A stretch of 56,744 nucleotides of DNA, from assembly GCA_002269645.1 (NCBI GenBank), contig NIVC01002692.1, forward strand, positions 1 through 56,744, read 5' to 3'. The notes under the pieces were generated by a model. It worked only from the letters and a program-made list of their open reading frames with translations, did no database searches and was not told the DNA's origin. Made by a program: the position numbers and the translations under genes. This DNA is from Macrostomum lignano. Taxonomy: Eukaryota. The first letter of the stretch is position 1, and each line of letters starts with the position of its first letter. Shown piece after piece: positions 23,834 through 34,507 of this stretch.

Positions 23834-24532
23834 GTAGCTCTTAAAGTGTCCCAGTTCAAAGTATTTAAAAGTAGGGGAAACGAGATTTGTAGATTTTTAG
23901 GGTAAAACCAATGCATTCTACCCTGCATAAATATTAACTAATTACGTTGCACCTCATCGTGCTCATACAGGTTTCTCATAAACAAAGTGAAAAAGAAAAT
24001 AATTTAGGCTTACTGTTCAAACTTATTCTTATAATAAAGCTTTAATAAGCAGCTTTAATTAGTAGGGTGACTAACGAGCATGATTTTTTGCATTGCGAAA
24101 TGCTTTACCAGAAATATAATGGATTGATGGTTGCTTTTAATGAAAGCTTTTGCACTTTCTTGGACTTTGTTGAATTCATTACTTGTTTTTTTTCAATCAT
24201 GTGAATATCTTCGAAGAAGTTATAGGTTCACTCGCTTATAGAATTACCGTTAGGTTCACAGCATCTACTCAACTCTATGAGTATAATATGGGATTGATGA
24301 TCTATGATACCCAATGTTTAGAATGACATGAATTTGGTTTGTCAAGCATGACTTTGGTTAGATTCAATTTCTGCTCCATAGAGCTCTGAATGCTGGAAAT
24401 TTATCACTCCACTACATCTCTGACAGAATTGCACTTGGGTTAAATTTATCAAACAACACTTTTACACTGGAATTTCAGCAGCATTGAGTTCTTCACTAAA
24501 TGTCGCTCTATTTCTAATATTAATTCTCTGCA

Positions 24533-27500
24533 ATGGCCACCTCATCGAGTCAAGAGGACGAGCCGGTGGACCCAGCTGTCAGCCACGAATTTGGACCGAG
24601 TGGTAAGTTTTTTCATTCCATTGCTGGTTTTATGAACTCATGCATTTCTGTTTGTTGCATTCCTGTCTCTTAGCAACGGAATTATTTATATTTTTCTCGC
24701 CTACACAACAATTCCCAAATGGTTCCCAACAGGATTAAGCCGGAGAACTCACAATAATGAGACATTTTTATTCCTCATTAGATGAATTGACAAAAATGCG
24801 AAAGCAGAACTCCATCTATTTCTTCAATAATAACTCTTCAAATTCTTTTTTTACACTTATACGTAGCTCGTATTGATTAATAAAAAAATATTAAATCTAG
24901 ATATAAGGTAGTAGGATAAATAGTATACTCGTAAGTGTAAAAAAGGGCAATAAAATATTCGACTTCCATAACTCCCAGAGACATTTCTCATCATTTCCAC
25001 TTTCCATAAATATTTTTAATACTATCTTCCCTTCTTCAATTGTAGGACCTTCATTCACCCTGGCGTTAAAAACCAGCGCTCACGAAGATGTTCTTCAAGT
25101 TCATCGATTTACACCTGGAGCTGCCACTGAAACATTCGAGTTTCTCGATTTCTGCAAAATCGCAGTGCAGCAGTGTCTTGAAATTCGCTTCGACTCTTCG
25201 GATAATTGCTCTGTTAAAGCTCAGATCAAACTGAATTTGCGCATGGTCAGAGTGCAGGCGTCAGAAGCTGTCAAGGGGGAGGATAAATGGATGAGCACAC
25301 AACTCGGATTGGTGGTAGATATACAGGAGTTTGATGATTGGTGGAGACAGCAGTTTACAGAGCTGGAGCGCAAAGTCGATGTCTACAACACCAACGGTAG
25401 TGGCTGGATAATTGAAAAAATCAATTTTTTTGAACTTTACTCAGCTCTCGTCGAACGAGTTTCCTACTACACGGGGCATGCTGCGGAATTTATTCTACCG
25501 ACTCCACTTCTTCGGAAGAAGGCGGTTATTTGTCCTCCAAGCAATGGTGTAAATTGCTTTCTTTACGCATGCCTTGCTTTTCTGCACAAGGAAGACAACA
25601 AAATAAAGAAATCAGCGCAACGCGAGTCTTCCTACACTGACTGGCTGGATGAACTTAACATGAGTGGAATTGACTTGCCAATCAATGTCACCGACCTTTC
25701 CATTGTTGAGAGACTGAACCCGAGACTTTGCTTCACGGTTTTCATCTGGGAGAAAGAGAGCGCTCAAGTCCTCCGCTTGCCTACTGCAGCTACAATTAAA
25801 GATCGAGAAGTTGTTCTACTCTTATTTATTCCACCATCAGAAGACGAGGCCTCGGGTCATTGGTGTGCTGTTTCAAGCATCAACAGGCTTCTTAATAGCA
25901 AGGCAGCTCTGCATCGGCGGAAGTGGTGTGAGCGCTGCTTGCTGCCCTTTCATAGTGATGCAGCCTTTGAAGAACACAGCCGAGCTCCTTGTCAACCTGG
26001 AGTGATCAACGTCAAGGAAGAGTTGCCAGATGAAAGGAATAATATTCTCCGATTCTCATCATGGGAAAAAACAATTAGTCCGCCATTTGTTGTTTACGCC
26101 GACTTCGAAGCATTGAATGCTCCATGCCAAGAAGATTCGATTGCTGGTATAGCAACGAAGAAGTTAACTGAGCACATTGCTGTTGCTGCTGGCTACATCG
26201 TGCTGCACAGAGAAGGGATGACTGGTCTAGCGCCCAGAGGAGCGGATGATAAAGTGAGCACTTTTGTCAGCGACGATCCTAATAAGTGCATTTCCGATTT
26301 CCTGCAATCGCTGGAGAAGCTCGCTCGTGAAGTTTACGGCTGGAACACGGAGTTCAGTCGACAAGCAGCGATAAGAACAGAGATGGCAGGGCGACAGTTC
26401 AGAGAAGCCACAGCTTGCTGCTATTGTAGAAGCGAATTCACGGAAGGGTCCAATAAACATTGGGATCACGACCACCTCAGCGGAGAATTTCGGGGAGCTG
26501 CGTGTGCTGATTGTAATATGAAGGCCAGACTAAAGAGGTCTTTCCTTCCCGTCGTGTTCCACAATTTCAAGGGGTACGATCTCCATCTCATGATGTCATC
26601 CGCTTTGGGTCTGATGGAGGGTTGGAAAATCTCCGTCATCCCTCTGAATCCAGAGCAGTTTCTGTCGATGAAAATCGAATTTAAAATCGGCGAGTATGAG
26701 AGTGAGGGCAAGATCAAGCCTTTAAATTTTACTATTCAGTTCATTGATTCGAATCAATTTCTTAATGCCAGCCTCTCACAGCTCATCAAAAATTTACCAG
26801 AGGCTGAATGTCGTATCACTAGTCGCCTACGCAGCAGCAGATTCCCACTGCTATCATCCGAAGTGCTTTTCAGCAAGGGAGTTTTCCCGTATGACTATCT
26901 TAAAAATTCAGACGTGCTGAAGGATGCCGTGCTTCCCAGCCAAGAGAGCTTCTACAATGCTCTGACTAAGAGCCACTGCACCAACTCTGACTATGAGCAT
27001 GCTCAACGCGCCTGGCGAGAATTTCAGGTTTCAAATCTAAAAGAGTACATGCTGTGCTACCTCGAGCTCGACATCAGGCAGTTGGCTGATATTTTTGAAA
27101 ATTTTCGCAAGATCAGCATGCAAGAGGATGGCCTTGATCCAGTCCATTTTATTTCGACACCAGGCCTATCATTCGCTTCGGCATTGAAATCCATCAAGTC
27201 AGGGATTGAACTGCTAACAGATGCGCAGATGTATTCGCTGTTTGAGCGCGGCATTCGCGGCGGCATGTCGTTTGTTAACATCCACAAAGTGCAGGCTACC
27301 TCAGCAGCGGGCGCCAGCACTGGTGTTGACAGCAATGAGGATGTTGATGGTGGCACTCCTACTATTCATGCTGGCCTCACCGAGCTTCTTGCTGTGGATG
27401 CAAACAACCTGTATGGACAGGCGCTCACTATGAACTTACCAGTCGGAGGATTCCGTTGGCTGGACGATGATGAGCTGCTTTTGTGGACTGAAGATCGCAT

Positions 27501-28688
27501 TCGAGGACTCAAGCTAACCGATCCACTCGCCTACCTCTTTGATGTTGACCTTGAGTATCCCCCAGAGATTCACGAAACCACCGAAGACCTACCATTTGCA
27601 CCGGAAAAGGCTGCCCCGAATTTCAGGGAATTTCCTGAATACATGCAGCAGCTGTGGGAAAAGGTCGGTACGGAGAACTCCACCTATCATCCGACAGAGA
27701 AGCTGATGCTCACTTGTCACGATAAGCCTTCCTATGTGGTTCATTCCTCTATTTTGGCGTTCTACCTGAACCATGGAATGCGGGTTAGACGCATCAATCG
27801 CATGATTGAGTTTCACCAAGAGCCTCTCTTTGCTGCCTACGTCGAGAAAAATAGCCAGAAGCGGGCTGCAGCGAAAACCAACTTCGAAAAGGATTTCTAC
27901 AAGTTAAAGAATAACGCGCTATTCGGCAAAACTATGGAGAATGTGCGAAAGCGGCGTGATATTCGAGTCTGCACCAACGTGGAAAAGGTAAAGGTACTGC
28001 TTGCCAAGCCGACAATTACCAATTTTATCATAATTACTGATTCACTAAGCGTTTTGGAACTGCAAAAGACAAAATTAAAGCTCGATCGGCCTATTTTTAT
28101 CGGGCAATGCGTCCTAGACTTTTCGAAAATGATTATGTACGAGCTGTTTTACGACAAACTGAAGCCCTGGATAGAGAACGATGGAGGTGTCATCAAGCTA
28201 TGCGGTGGTGATACCGATTCTTTCTTTCTCTCAATCAGCAACATGAGCGTTCAGTCTAAAGTTCTACCGCTGTTGAAGTCGAAGCAGCTGCTCGACACTT
28301 CAAACTATCCTCAAGAGCACGCGCTATTCTCGAATGATTTAAAAGCGCGACTTGGCTGCATTAAGGATGAAGCAGCCGGTGCTCGCTTTGAGGAGTGGCT
28401 GCTCCTAAGGCCGAAGCTTTACTCATTCAAGGCGAGTAGCCAAGCCGCGGAAAAGAAGAAGGCCAAAGGAGTTCAAGGATGCATTGTTAAGAAAGAGCTG
28501 GCTCACAGTGACTACCTAAGGGTGTTCAATGAGCTCTGCAGCCATTCTGTCGTTGTTCATCGTATTGCCAGCATCCATCACCGACTGTACACTTTGCAGC
28601 AGCGGAAGTGTGCCTTAAGCATTTGGGAAGACAAGCGCGCTTGGCTGAGCCCTAACTATAGTCTCCCATTTGGTCACATTCGGCTGCT

Positions 28689-28757
<69 letters not shown>

Positions 28758-28845
28758 GCAACAGCAGCAACAACAACAACAACAACAACAACAACAGCAG
28801 CAGCAACAGCAGCAGAAATCATCAAAACGGCGCCGACTACTTTGA
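24533..28845 (+). CDS. polB: Protein-primed family-B DNA polymerase, predicted join(24533..24602,25046..28845)
   Basis: Exo I YADFE, endonuclease-VII-like insert (CCYC..DHDHLSGEFRGAACADCN), Exo II HNFKGYD, DANNLYG, KLKNNALFGK, GDTDS, PKLY; polyQ tail and KRRR. Frame open from 25046; phase-1 intron GTAAGT..TTGTAG. Confidence 0.92.
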
Positions 28846-29405
28846 AATTGAATAATGAGTACAACAAGCTTGCTAAACAAAAACAATAATTTCTTTGCGA
28901 TTTCAAAGTTTCTTTCTTTGACATTGAATAAAGGTTAACCGCTAATCTAAATAGGATTTTTTCCAAATGCAATAAAAACTTTGATCATCTGCTGAGGCTA
29001 GCAACAATTTTTTGCTTCACAATATTTACTTACAATTGCGCGATGATGATAATGAAACCAATGCTTCGTTAGTGGTGGTGGTGGTGTTTGCGGTGATGGC
29101 ATGTGAGAGTTTTATTTTTTTCTAATTTTACCTGTACTTTGTGGTTGGTTTTTTGAATCCTGATATTGCTTTATAAGTTTTAATATATTCCATCTGCTTT
29201 TGGACTATTTTTTCCTATTTTTGTAGTGGTTTATCTGCTTGCTCGTATTTGCTTTTAGCTTGCTATTTGTTTATCTCTACAAGATGTTCACCACTGGTTT
29301 TTCATTGCAATTAAAAATGAAGACAAAAAAGCTAGTGCATGAGAGAGAATTAATTTGAATATTTTAATTAAACAAGCCGCGATTTATTCTTTCTTTTTAT
29401 TTATT

Positions 29406-29972
29406 TCAGTTTGAAAGCAAGCAAGCTAATAGGGAACGGTCTGATTGTAGCATATGCTTAGACTTTGCTCCGCTGAGCACAAATGAGCCATTGTGAAAAA
29501 GCGTACACTTGCAGTATTGAAGCTGACAAACTAAAGCAGTAAAACTTTCAGGTTCATATTTCGCATTCGGTAGCACTTCACAGAGGTTTCTTAGTGATAG
29601 AGCCTTGGGCAAGTCTATTTTTCCATAAGCAGTAATAGTCTTAATTCGGACACAAACGGATTGACGAGGCAGCAGTTGAGGCGGAACTCTGCGATGCAGC
29701 ATAGCCACGAAGCGACGGGCAGCCTTGACTGAGGCCGAGTAGCTCCGGGCGCCACAGATACTCAGTTGTCCAGTCGGATAGAGCAACAGAGTCACTCTGG
29801 GATTCCGCATCCTCTTGATGAGCACTCGGGGCCAGACGGGGCGATAGATGACATGAGCCATGCTGAGAGCCAGTTCCCGCAGAGGCAACTGGGCACCCCT
29901 GCCTCCAGCCAGCCTCAGATCCACGCCGCCAACCAGATTGGTCACTCGCAGGGCTGTCGCAGGTGTACTCAT
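29406..29972 (-). CDS. TBP: Polinton-encoded TATA-binding protein homolog (188 aa, both core repeats)
   Basis: VTNLV..VDL, YRP.WP.V.I.RMRNPRVTLLLYPTGQL.ICGARS...S..AARRF; then YEPESFTAL...CTLFHNGSFVLSGAKS. This matches the TBP core consensus in both halves. Confidence 0.88.
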   Translation of the reverse strand: MSTPATALRVTNLVGGVDLRLAGGRGAQLPLRELALSMAHVIYRPVWPRVLIKRMRNPRVTLLLYPTGQLSICGARSYSASVKAARRFVAMLHRRVPPQLLPRQSVCVRIKTITAYGKIDLPKALSLRNLCEVLPNAKYEPESFTALVCQLQYCKCTLFHNGSFVLSGAKSKHMLQSDRSLLACLLSN

Positions 29973-30486
29973 TTAGAGAGTCCTTTCTGTCAGTGGTGCT
30001 GTCTTTGAGAGCCTTTGAGTGGTGCGGGCACACCTCGCTTCTTAAGTTGATACAGAACTTTGGCTTCAGCCAGTTGTAGTAGAGCAATACATTTTTCACT
30101 GCACAACCAGTATCAGATGCTTGAATCAAAGGTGATCCCAGATCCTCTAGGTTGTACACCTGTCTGCCAAGCAGCTCAGTCAGAAAGATGGACTTTTTCA
30201 CCCCGCTTGTCCAGGTGGGGCCGTAAGCAATGTTTAGAATGTCATTTGCCAAATGCATGTACGATCGGGATCCATCTGTCCACTTGAAATGATGCAAATT
30301 CTTTGAGAGCTTTCTGTAATGCACCTGCATCTCAGGTGAGATTCGCTCCCATGAGAACGGAGAGGCGTACACGTGATGAGTGATATGGTAACTGCCTGCC
30401 CGGACTTGGGCAATGGCTAGCTCCTTCACAACGAAATCTCTGCTCGATCTCTCGCGTGGGAAGCCTTGGAAGTCAATATAGTTCAT
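29641..30486 (-). CDS. Polinton accessory protein, possibly DEDD/DnaQ-like fold (first about 165 aa); 3' part overlaps the TBP ORF
   Basis: YIDFQGF..FVVKELA, HHFKWTDG, VYNLEDLG, CAVKNV..Y.WL pattern recalled from Polinton hypothetical proteins; fold call is inference. Confidence 0.6.
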   Translation of the reverse strand: MNYIDFQGFPRERSSRDFVVKELAIAQVRAGSYHITHHVYASPFSWERISPEMQVHYRKLSKNLHHFKWTDGSRSYMHLANDILNIAYGPTWTSGVKKSIFLTELLGRQVYNLEDLGSPLIQASDTGCAVKNVLLYYNWLKPKFCINLRSEVCPHHSKALKDSTTDRKDSLNEYTCDSPASDQSGWRRGSEAGWRQGCPVASAGTGSQHGSCHLSPRLAPSAHQEDAESQSDSVALSDWTTEYLWRPELLGLSQGCPSLRGYAASQSSASTAASSIRLCPN

Positions 30487-30526
30487 GATCGGATGGTTTC
30501 AAGATGCCTGATATCGGGAAGCCGAC

Positions 30527-31219
30527 TCAGTTCCCCTTCTTAAATAGTTTTTTCCTGTTCAGCTGTAGCCAAGCTCTCCCACTCCCGAATCCTTTAACTG
30601 TATGATGAGCAGGGGCGGCCTCTGGAGAAACAGCAGGTTTAGAAATTAGCTGCCTAACTGACTTTCCTATGGCCGAAGCTGGGATGTTAAGCTTTTTATC
30701 TTGGAGCAATGAGACAAACTCACTCCAGCCCACCGGCTCGCTGGCACATTTCGAATCCCTCACGGCACTGTGAAACAAATCCAGGATGTTTGAGGAGGGT
30801 ATTGTCTTCCCACAAATTTGCGCCTCGCCATTTTCGGACACCCGAATCAGAGAAGGATTGCCAGATAGGATGGCCCATAGACTGCGGGCTCTCGCTTTAA
30901 ACTTCTGCGGCACGGATTGGGTGATCTTTTCCCCCCAGCTGCTTGGTGCAATATCAGTTTTCAGCATCTTTGCATCACTCGCAGGTACCGCATCATCCTT
31001 TCCAGTCCGCTTGCGCTTGGCCAGCAAACTCTTCATCGCATCATGGTACATGGCAGCTTTCACATCGTCTGGGCAATCCTCGGCAAGCAAAATATCATTG
31101 CATTTCCTCTGCGCATATCTCACAGCAGTGTCGAGTTCAGACTCAACTGGCTTCAAATTCTGTGTGAGCATGTCGTATTCTGACTTGGGGATCAGAACCA
31201 TTTCTGAGAACTTATTCAT
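30527..31219 (-). CDS. Polinton hypothetical protein (230 aa)
   Basis: Co-oriented ORF in the gene block; MVLIP..YD.L and G..I..SNILDL motifs resemble recurrent Maverick proteins. Confidence 0.75.
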   Translation of the reverse strand: MNKFSEMVLIPKSEYDMLTQNLKPVESELDTAVRYAQRKCNDILLAEDCPDDVKAAMYHDAMKSLLAKRKRTGKDDAVPASDAKMLKTDIAPSSWGEKITQSVPQKFKARARSLWAILSGNPSLIRVSENGEAQICGKTIPSSNILDLFHSAVRDSKCASEPVGWSEFVSLLQDKKLNIPASAIGKSVRQLISKPAVSPEAAPAHHTVKGFGSGRAWLQLNRKKLFKKGN

Positions 31220-31559
31220 TTTGTTTCTTTTTCTTCACTAGCTTTATTAGAATGTAGAGAATTTTGATAAAACCCGTATTTAGCAGATCCGCAGCTCTTC
31301 TATGTGTAGAAATTTTGCGGATTATTTGCTTTTGCTTCACTAGCGCTGCCTTTTCAGTGAGTGAGAACGACAGAGTGTTTTGCAATAGGTTATAGCAGGC
31401 CTCAATGAGAAATTCATGTACTGCTTTTGGACCCGCTCTGATCAACAGACGTTTAAAGCTGATGGAATATTTCGGTGAGGCGAGAACATCAAACAAACTT
31501 TCATGTGAGTCGAATGTTTCCATTATCATTAGTGTTGCAGAATATAGAGCAAATGGCAA
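31212..31559 (-). CDS. Small basic Polinton protein (115 aa) with amphipathic C-terminus
   Basis: LIEACYNLL.N.L.F....K..L.K.K.IIRKI pattern typical of the small gene next to the Polinton ATPase. Confidence 0.7.
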   Translation of the reverse strand: MPFALYSATLMIMETFDSHESLFDVLASPKYSISFKRLLIRAGPKAVHEFLIEACYNLLQNTLSFSLTEKAALVKQKQIIRKISTHRRAADLLNTGFIKILYILIKLVKKKKQNE

Positions 31560-31576
31560 AATCTCGGCTGTTATTC

Positions 31577-32230
31577 TTAAGTGTAAACCAGGTGGGGTCG
31601 CTGATTGGGCAGGATTCGAGCCCGGACCCGCAGCTCATCAGGGGTGGAAGGGTGAAAATCCAGGAGCAGGTAGGCTCCCCTGCCGTGCGATGTCACGTGC
31701 TTGAACACTGACAGCAGAAAGCCGGGCTTCTCAGCAAAACACTGCCTGCCCAGCGCCGCAATCTGCAGCTGGTCTCTGGGGTTCTTCATGATCACAAAGT
31801 ACATCGCATTCAGACTCATTGTTCGCAACTCCTTCCCTTTAAAAAATACATTTTGGGTCAGCATAACCAGAAAGCAGGGCAAATGATGGGCAATTCCAGT
31901 GAAAACATTTCGCATTGCAGCAGAATTGGAAGTTTCTTCAATCAGGTCATCAAATACAACCAGGTCATTGGGTCTCAGTGCGGTCTCGATACTGCTGGGA
32001 AATCCCTGCTGCAAGTGCACGCCGAGACTGCTGAGCTCAGAGTGTGCTGCTTGTGAAATTCCGTAGTACCACAGAACTCTCCCAGGCTTCACATCAAACA
32101 TGACATCCTTGTATTGTATCAGATGTTTCACGAAGGTTGTCTTTCCTGCATTTGTAGGCCCGCTGACAATCATGCAGCTTCCTTGTCGCAGGCGCACATC
32201 ATAACAGTTTATCCGCTCACGTGTTTCCAT
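31577..32230 (-). CDS. DNA packaging ATPase (A32/FtsK-HerA type)
   Basis: Walker A GPTNAGKT, Walker B LVVFDDL, LTQN, RTMSLNAMY, YLLLDFHP. Confidence 0.93.
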   Translation of the reverse strand: METRERINCYDVRLRQGSCMIVSGPTNAGKTTFVKHLIQYKDVMFDVKPGRVLWYYGISQAAHSELSSLGVHLQQGFPSSIETALRPNDLVVFDDLIEETSNSAAMRNVFTGIAHHLPCFLVMLTQNVFFKGKELRTMSLNAMYFVIMKNPRDQLQIAALGRQCFAEKPGFLLSVFKHVTSHGRGAYLLLDFHPSTPDELRVRARILPNQRPHLVYT

Positions 32231-32263
32231 CGCCTGTTGAGCTAAATCCTTGATTTTAAAAGT

Positions 32264-32782
32264 CTAATTAAATTTATTTTTTCTTAAGCAACTCTCAAAC
32301 CTTTGCAGAATTCTTTCATTCAAGTGGCTCTGCTGATTTGCATGGAGGTGCCGCAGAACCCACTCAAACGAGCGCTTGAAACGAAACTTTTGATAGGCAA
32401 ACAAGAGACAGAACAAACCGCATTTAGCAGAGTTGCAGCTCTGAATTCGATTCACATTGCTACGTAAGTAGAATGGAGAATACCAAAAGGATTTCAGTGC
32501 TCTGTGAATGATCTCTAAAGTGCTTGAGTCCCAGCCCAGAGAGTTAAAGAGTTCTATGGAATTCTCCTTATTGGCATAACAAACCACCCAGTGACCAAAG
32601 GACGAGCCGTACTGAAGCAGAAAGAAAATAAACCTACATCGAGATAAATTTCTTTTGAGAGTTGCTCGCTGAATAAAGTTTAAAGCATAAGATGTTTTAT
32701 TTATTGAATTCAAGACAATAATTAAATAGTTATTTTGTGGCAAAAAGCTTTTAGCCAGTTTAAGCAGTTGAAAAGCATCCAT
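32264..32782 (-). CDS. Adenain-type cysteine protease
   Basis: GHWV, FNSLG, QS.NSAKCGLFCL (His, Asn/Asp, Gln, Cys order of adenoviral proteases). Confidence 0.9.
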   Translation of the reverse strand: MDAFQLLKLAKSFLPQNNYLIIVLNSINKTSYALNFIQRATLKRNLSRCRFIFFLLQYGSSFGHWVVCYANKENSIELFNSLGWDSSTLEIIHRALKSFWYSPFYLRSNVNRIQSCNSAKCGLFCLLFAYQKFRFKRSFEWVLRHLHANQQSHLNERILQRFESCLRKNKFN

Positions 32783-32805
32783 ATTAGCGTTGCGCCAGCG
32801 TACTC

Positions 32806-34088
32806 CTAGGATGGAAAATCTAGCAGAATCTCCCTGTGCTTCGTGACCTCAATCAGTGAGTCATACAGGCACATAACAATCAGAGATACAGGCTCCTCCA
32901 GGGCCTGTCGGAAGCGAATCTCCAGCCGCAAATTTCCCTCCTTCTGTCCGTACCACAGGGCCGCTCCCTCAGGCGTGAGATCGAATGCGAAAGCTGTGTT
33001 GCCGTTGGAGAACAACTGGTAGGGGACCCACGGAACCGAGTTGGTAGGGCTGGCAGACTGACAGCTTTTCAGGTAGTGCAAGTACTCTCTCACGAATGAA
33101 TTATTCTCAGGTGCAAATGCAGCGTGGCACATGGCTTCACCACCTTTCTTTAGTGCTAGCTGGCTGAGGTTGAAGCTCTGGAACTCGAAGGGGCTGGAAT
33201 GGTGATGGCCATTGAAGGCTCGGTGGTTCACGAAGACCAGCATAACGAACTTCGGCAGTTTGCCATGGGTGAATCCTTCAATGTTTTTTGACTGAATTCC
33301 CTGGGGTAGAATGAAGTTTTGCATTTCGGTTCGCTCGATGGGGTAAAGTGCGTTCTGATTGGTAAGTCCCTGCTCATGCGCTAGGCTGATGTGAGGCGCC
33401 ACTTTGACTCGGCGCAGGTTCAGAATACAATGGGAAATTTCAATTCGGTAGGCTGTGTTGTTCTCATCTGGGGTTCGGATGGCAAATGCAGCTTCACTGG
33501 GCATCAGCTTGATGTGCAGGTGTAAATTGTTCAGCAGCAGAACAGGACACTGGAAGATGTCGCTGAGCAGCGGTCCCGCATACTCCACCCAGCGGGACTC
33601 CCTGTGTCTCTCGGCATGCCCCTCAGCAGCAGTTTCGGGTTCCAGGAATCCGGCGGGGTAGAAATTTAACTGCTGAGCATCGGATGAGCTCATGAGAGCT
33701 TTTAGGTAGGCATGGTAGGGGTAGAGCTGGTCTCCGCCAGAGACAATGCGCTGGTTGATGCTCACGATTACATCTGAGAATGCCGTAGATAGGACAAAGT
33801 TTTCTGGGTGCACCCCACTGTCTCTGCGCTCAGTGACAACTCCATCGGCATTCCGAACCTCCTCCCTCATCAAAGCCCCGCCAAGCCGGACTAGGCGACA
33901 GCGAATATACAGGAATGAGCTCAGCAGATCAGTGTACTCATCAGCCGATGGATGGCAGTCGAATTCAATTGGTGAGTTAGTAGAAATAGAGTTCACGGGG
34001 TGAATATCAACATACGTGATTTTTCAATAGCAGTCTGCAGCACGGGGGACTTGAACAAATCGAGTCTCGGGTTGAATCCGTAAGCCAT
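32806..34088 (-). CDS. Major (double jelly-roll) capsid protein; 1-nt deletion at about 34017 in this copy
   Basis: Near-identical to intact 427-aa ORF 42012..43295; acgtgat here versus acgttgat there; position and size fit the Polinton major capsid. Confidence 0.85.
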
Positions 34089-34090
34089 TG

Positions 34091-34507
34091 CTATGAGAGT
34101 GAGTCCAGAACACGCTTCACAGTTTCTTTGCCCACTTTTTGTTTTCTTTTGCCTGTTTTCTTGGCCTGTGTTTTAGTCGTTCTTTTCTTAGGTTGCTTGC
34201 TTGTTCTGACCTTGCTTGTTTTGCGTGCTTCGCCACTTTTTTTCTTCTTCTTCATGCGCACCTGCTTTTTATTCACCTTTTTAGCCTGTCCTTGATTTCC
34301 TATGTTTCTATTACTCGTACTATTGCTTCTGCTGCTACTGCTGGTTTGTACAGGCTTTGATGCTAATGATGATGATGATGTTATGGAAGGTGCTGGAGGA
34401 GGCTGGTAAGTCATTATTCCAGGAAAACTCCCGCAGCCATAGAGCATGGACTTTTCATTTCCCGTCCGAGTCCCTGAATACTGCCGAATCAGCTGCTGAT
34501 AGTTCAT
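34091..34507 (-). CDS. Lys/Ser-rich basic protein (138 aa), candidate DNA-condensing core protein
   Basis: Strongly basic C-terminal half; sits between the two capsid genes. Confidence 0.7.
   Translation of the reverse strand: MNYQQLIRQYSGTRTGNEKSMLYGCGSFPGIMTYQPPPAPSITSSSSLASKPVQTSSSSRSNSTSNRNIGNQGQAKKVNKKQVRMKKKKKSGEARKTSKVRTSKQPKKRTTKTQAKKTGKRKQKVGKETVKRVLDSLS

Noticed and set aside
28652-28972. Poly-Cys, poly-Asn/Ser and poly-Val/Ala ORFs
   Set aside because: Alternative frames of the CAG/CAA microsatellite in polB
28691-29406. Idea that the polB polyQ is a displaced TBP N-terminal polyQ
   Set aside because: Opposite strand, located 3' of the TBP ORF; proximity looks coincidental
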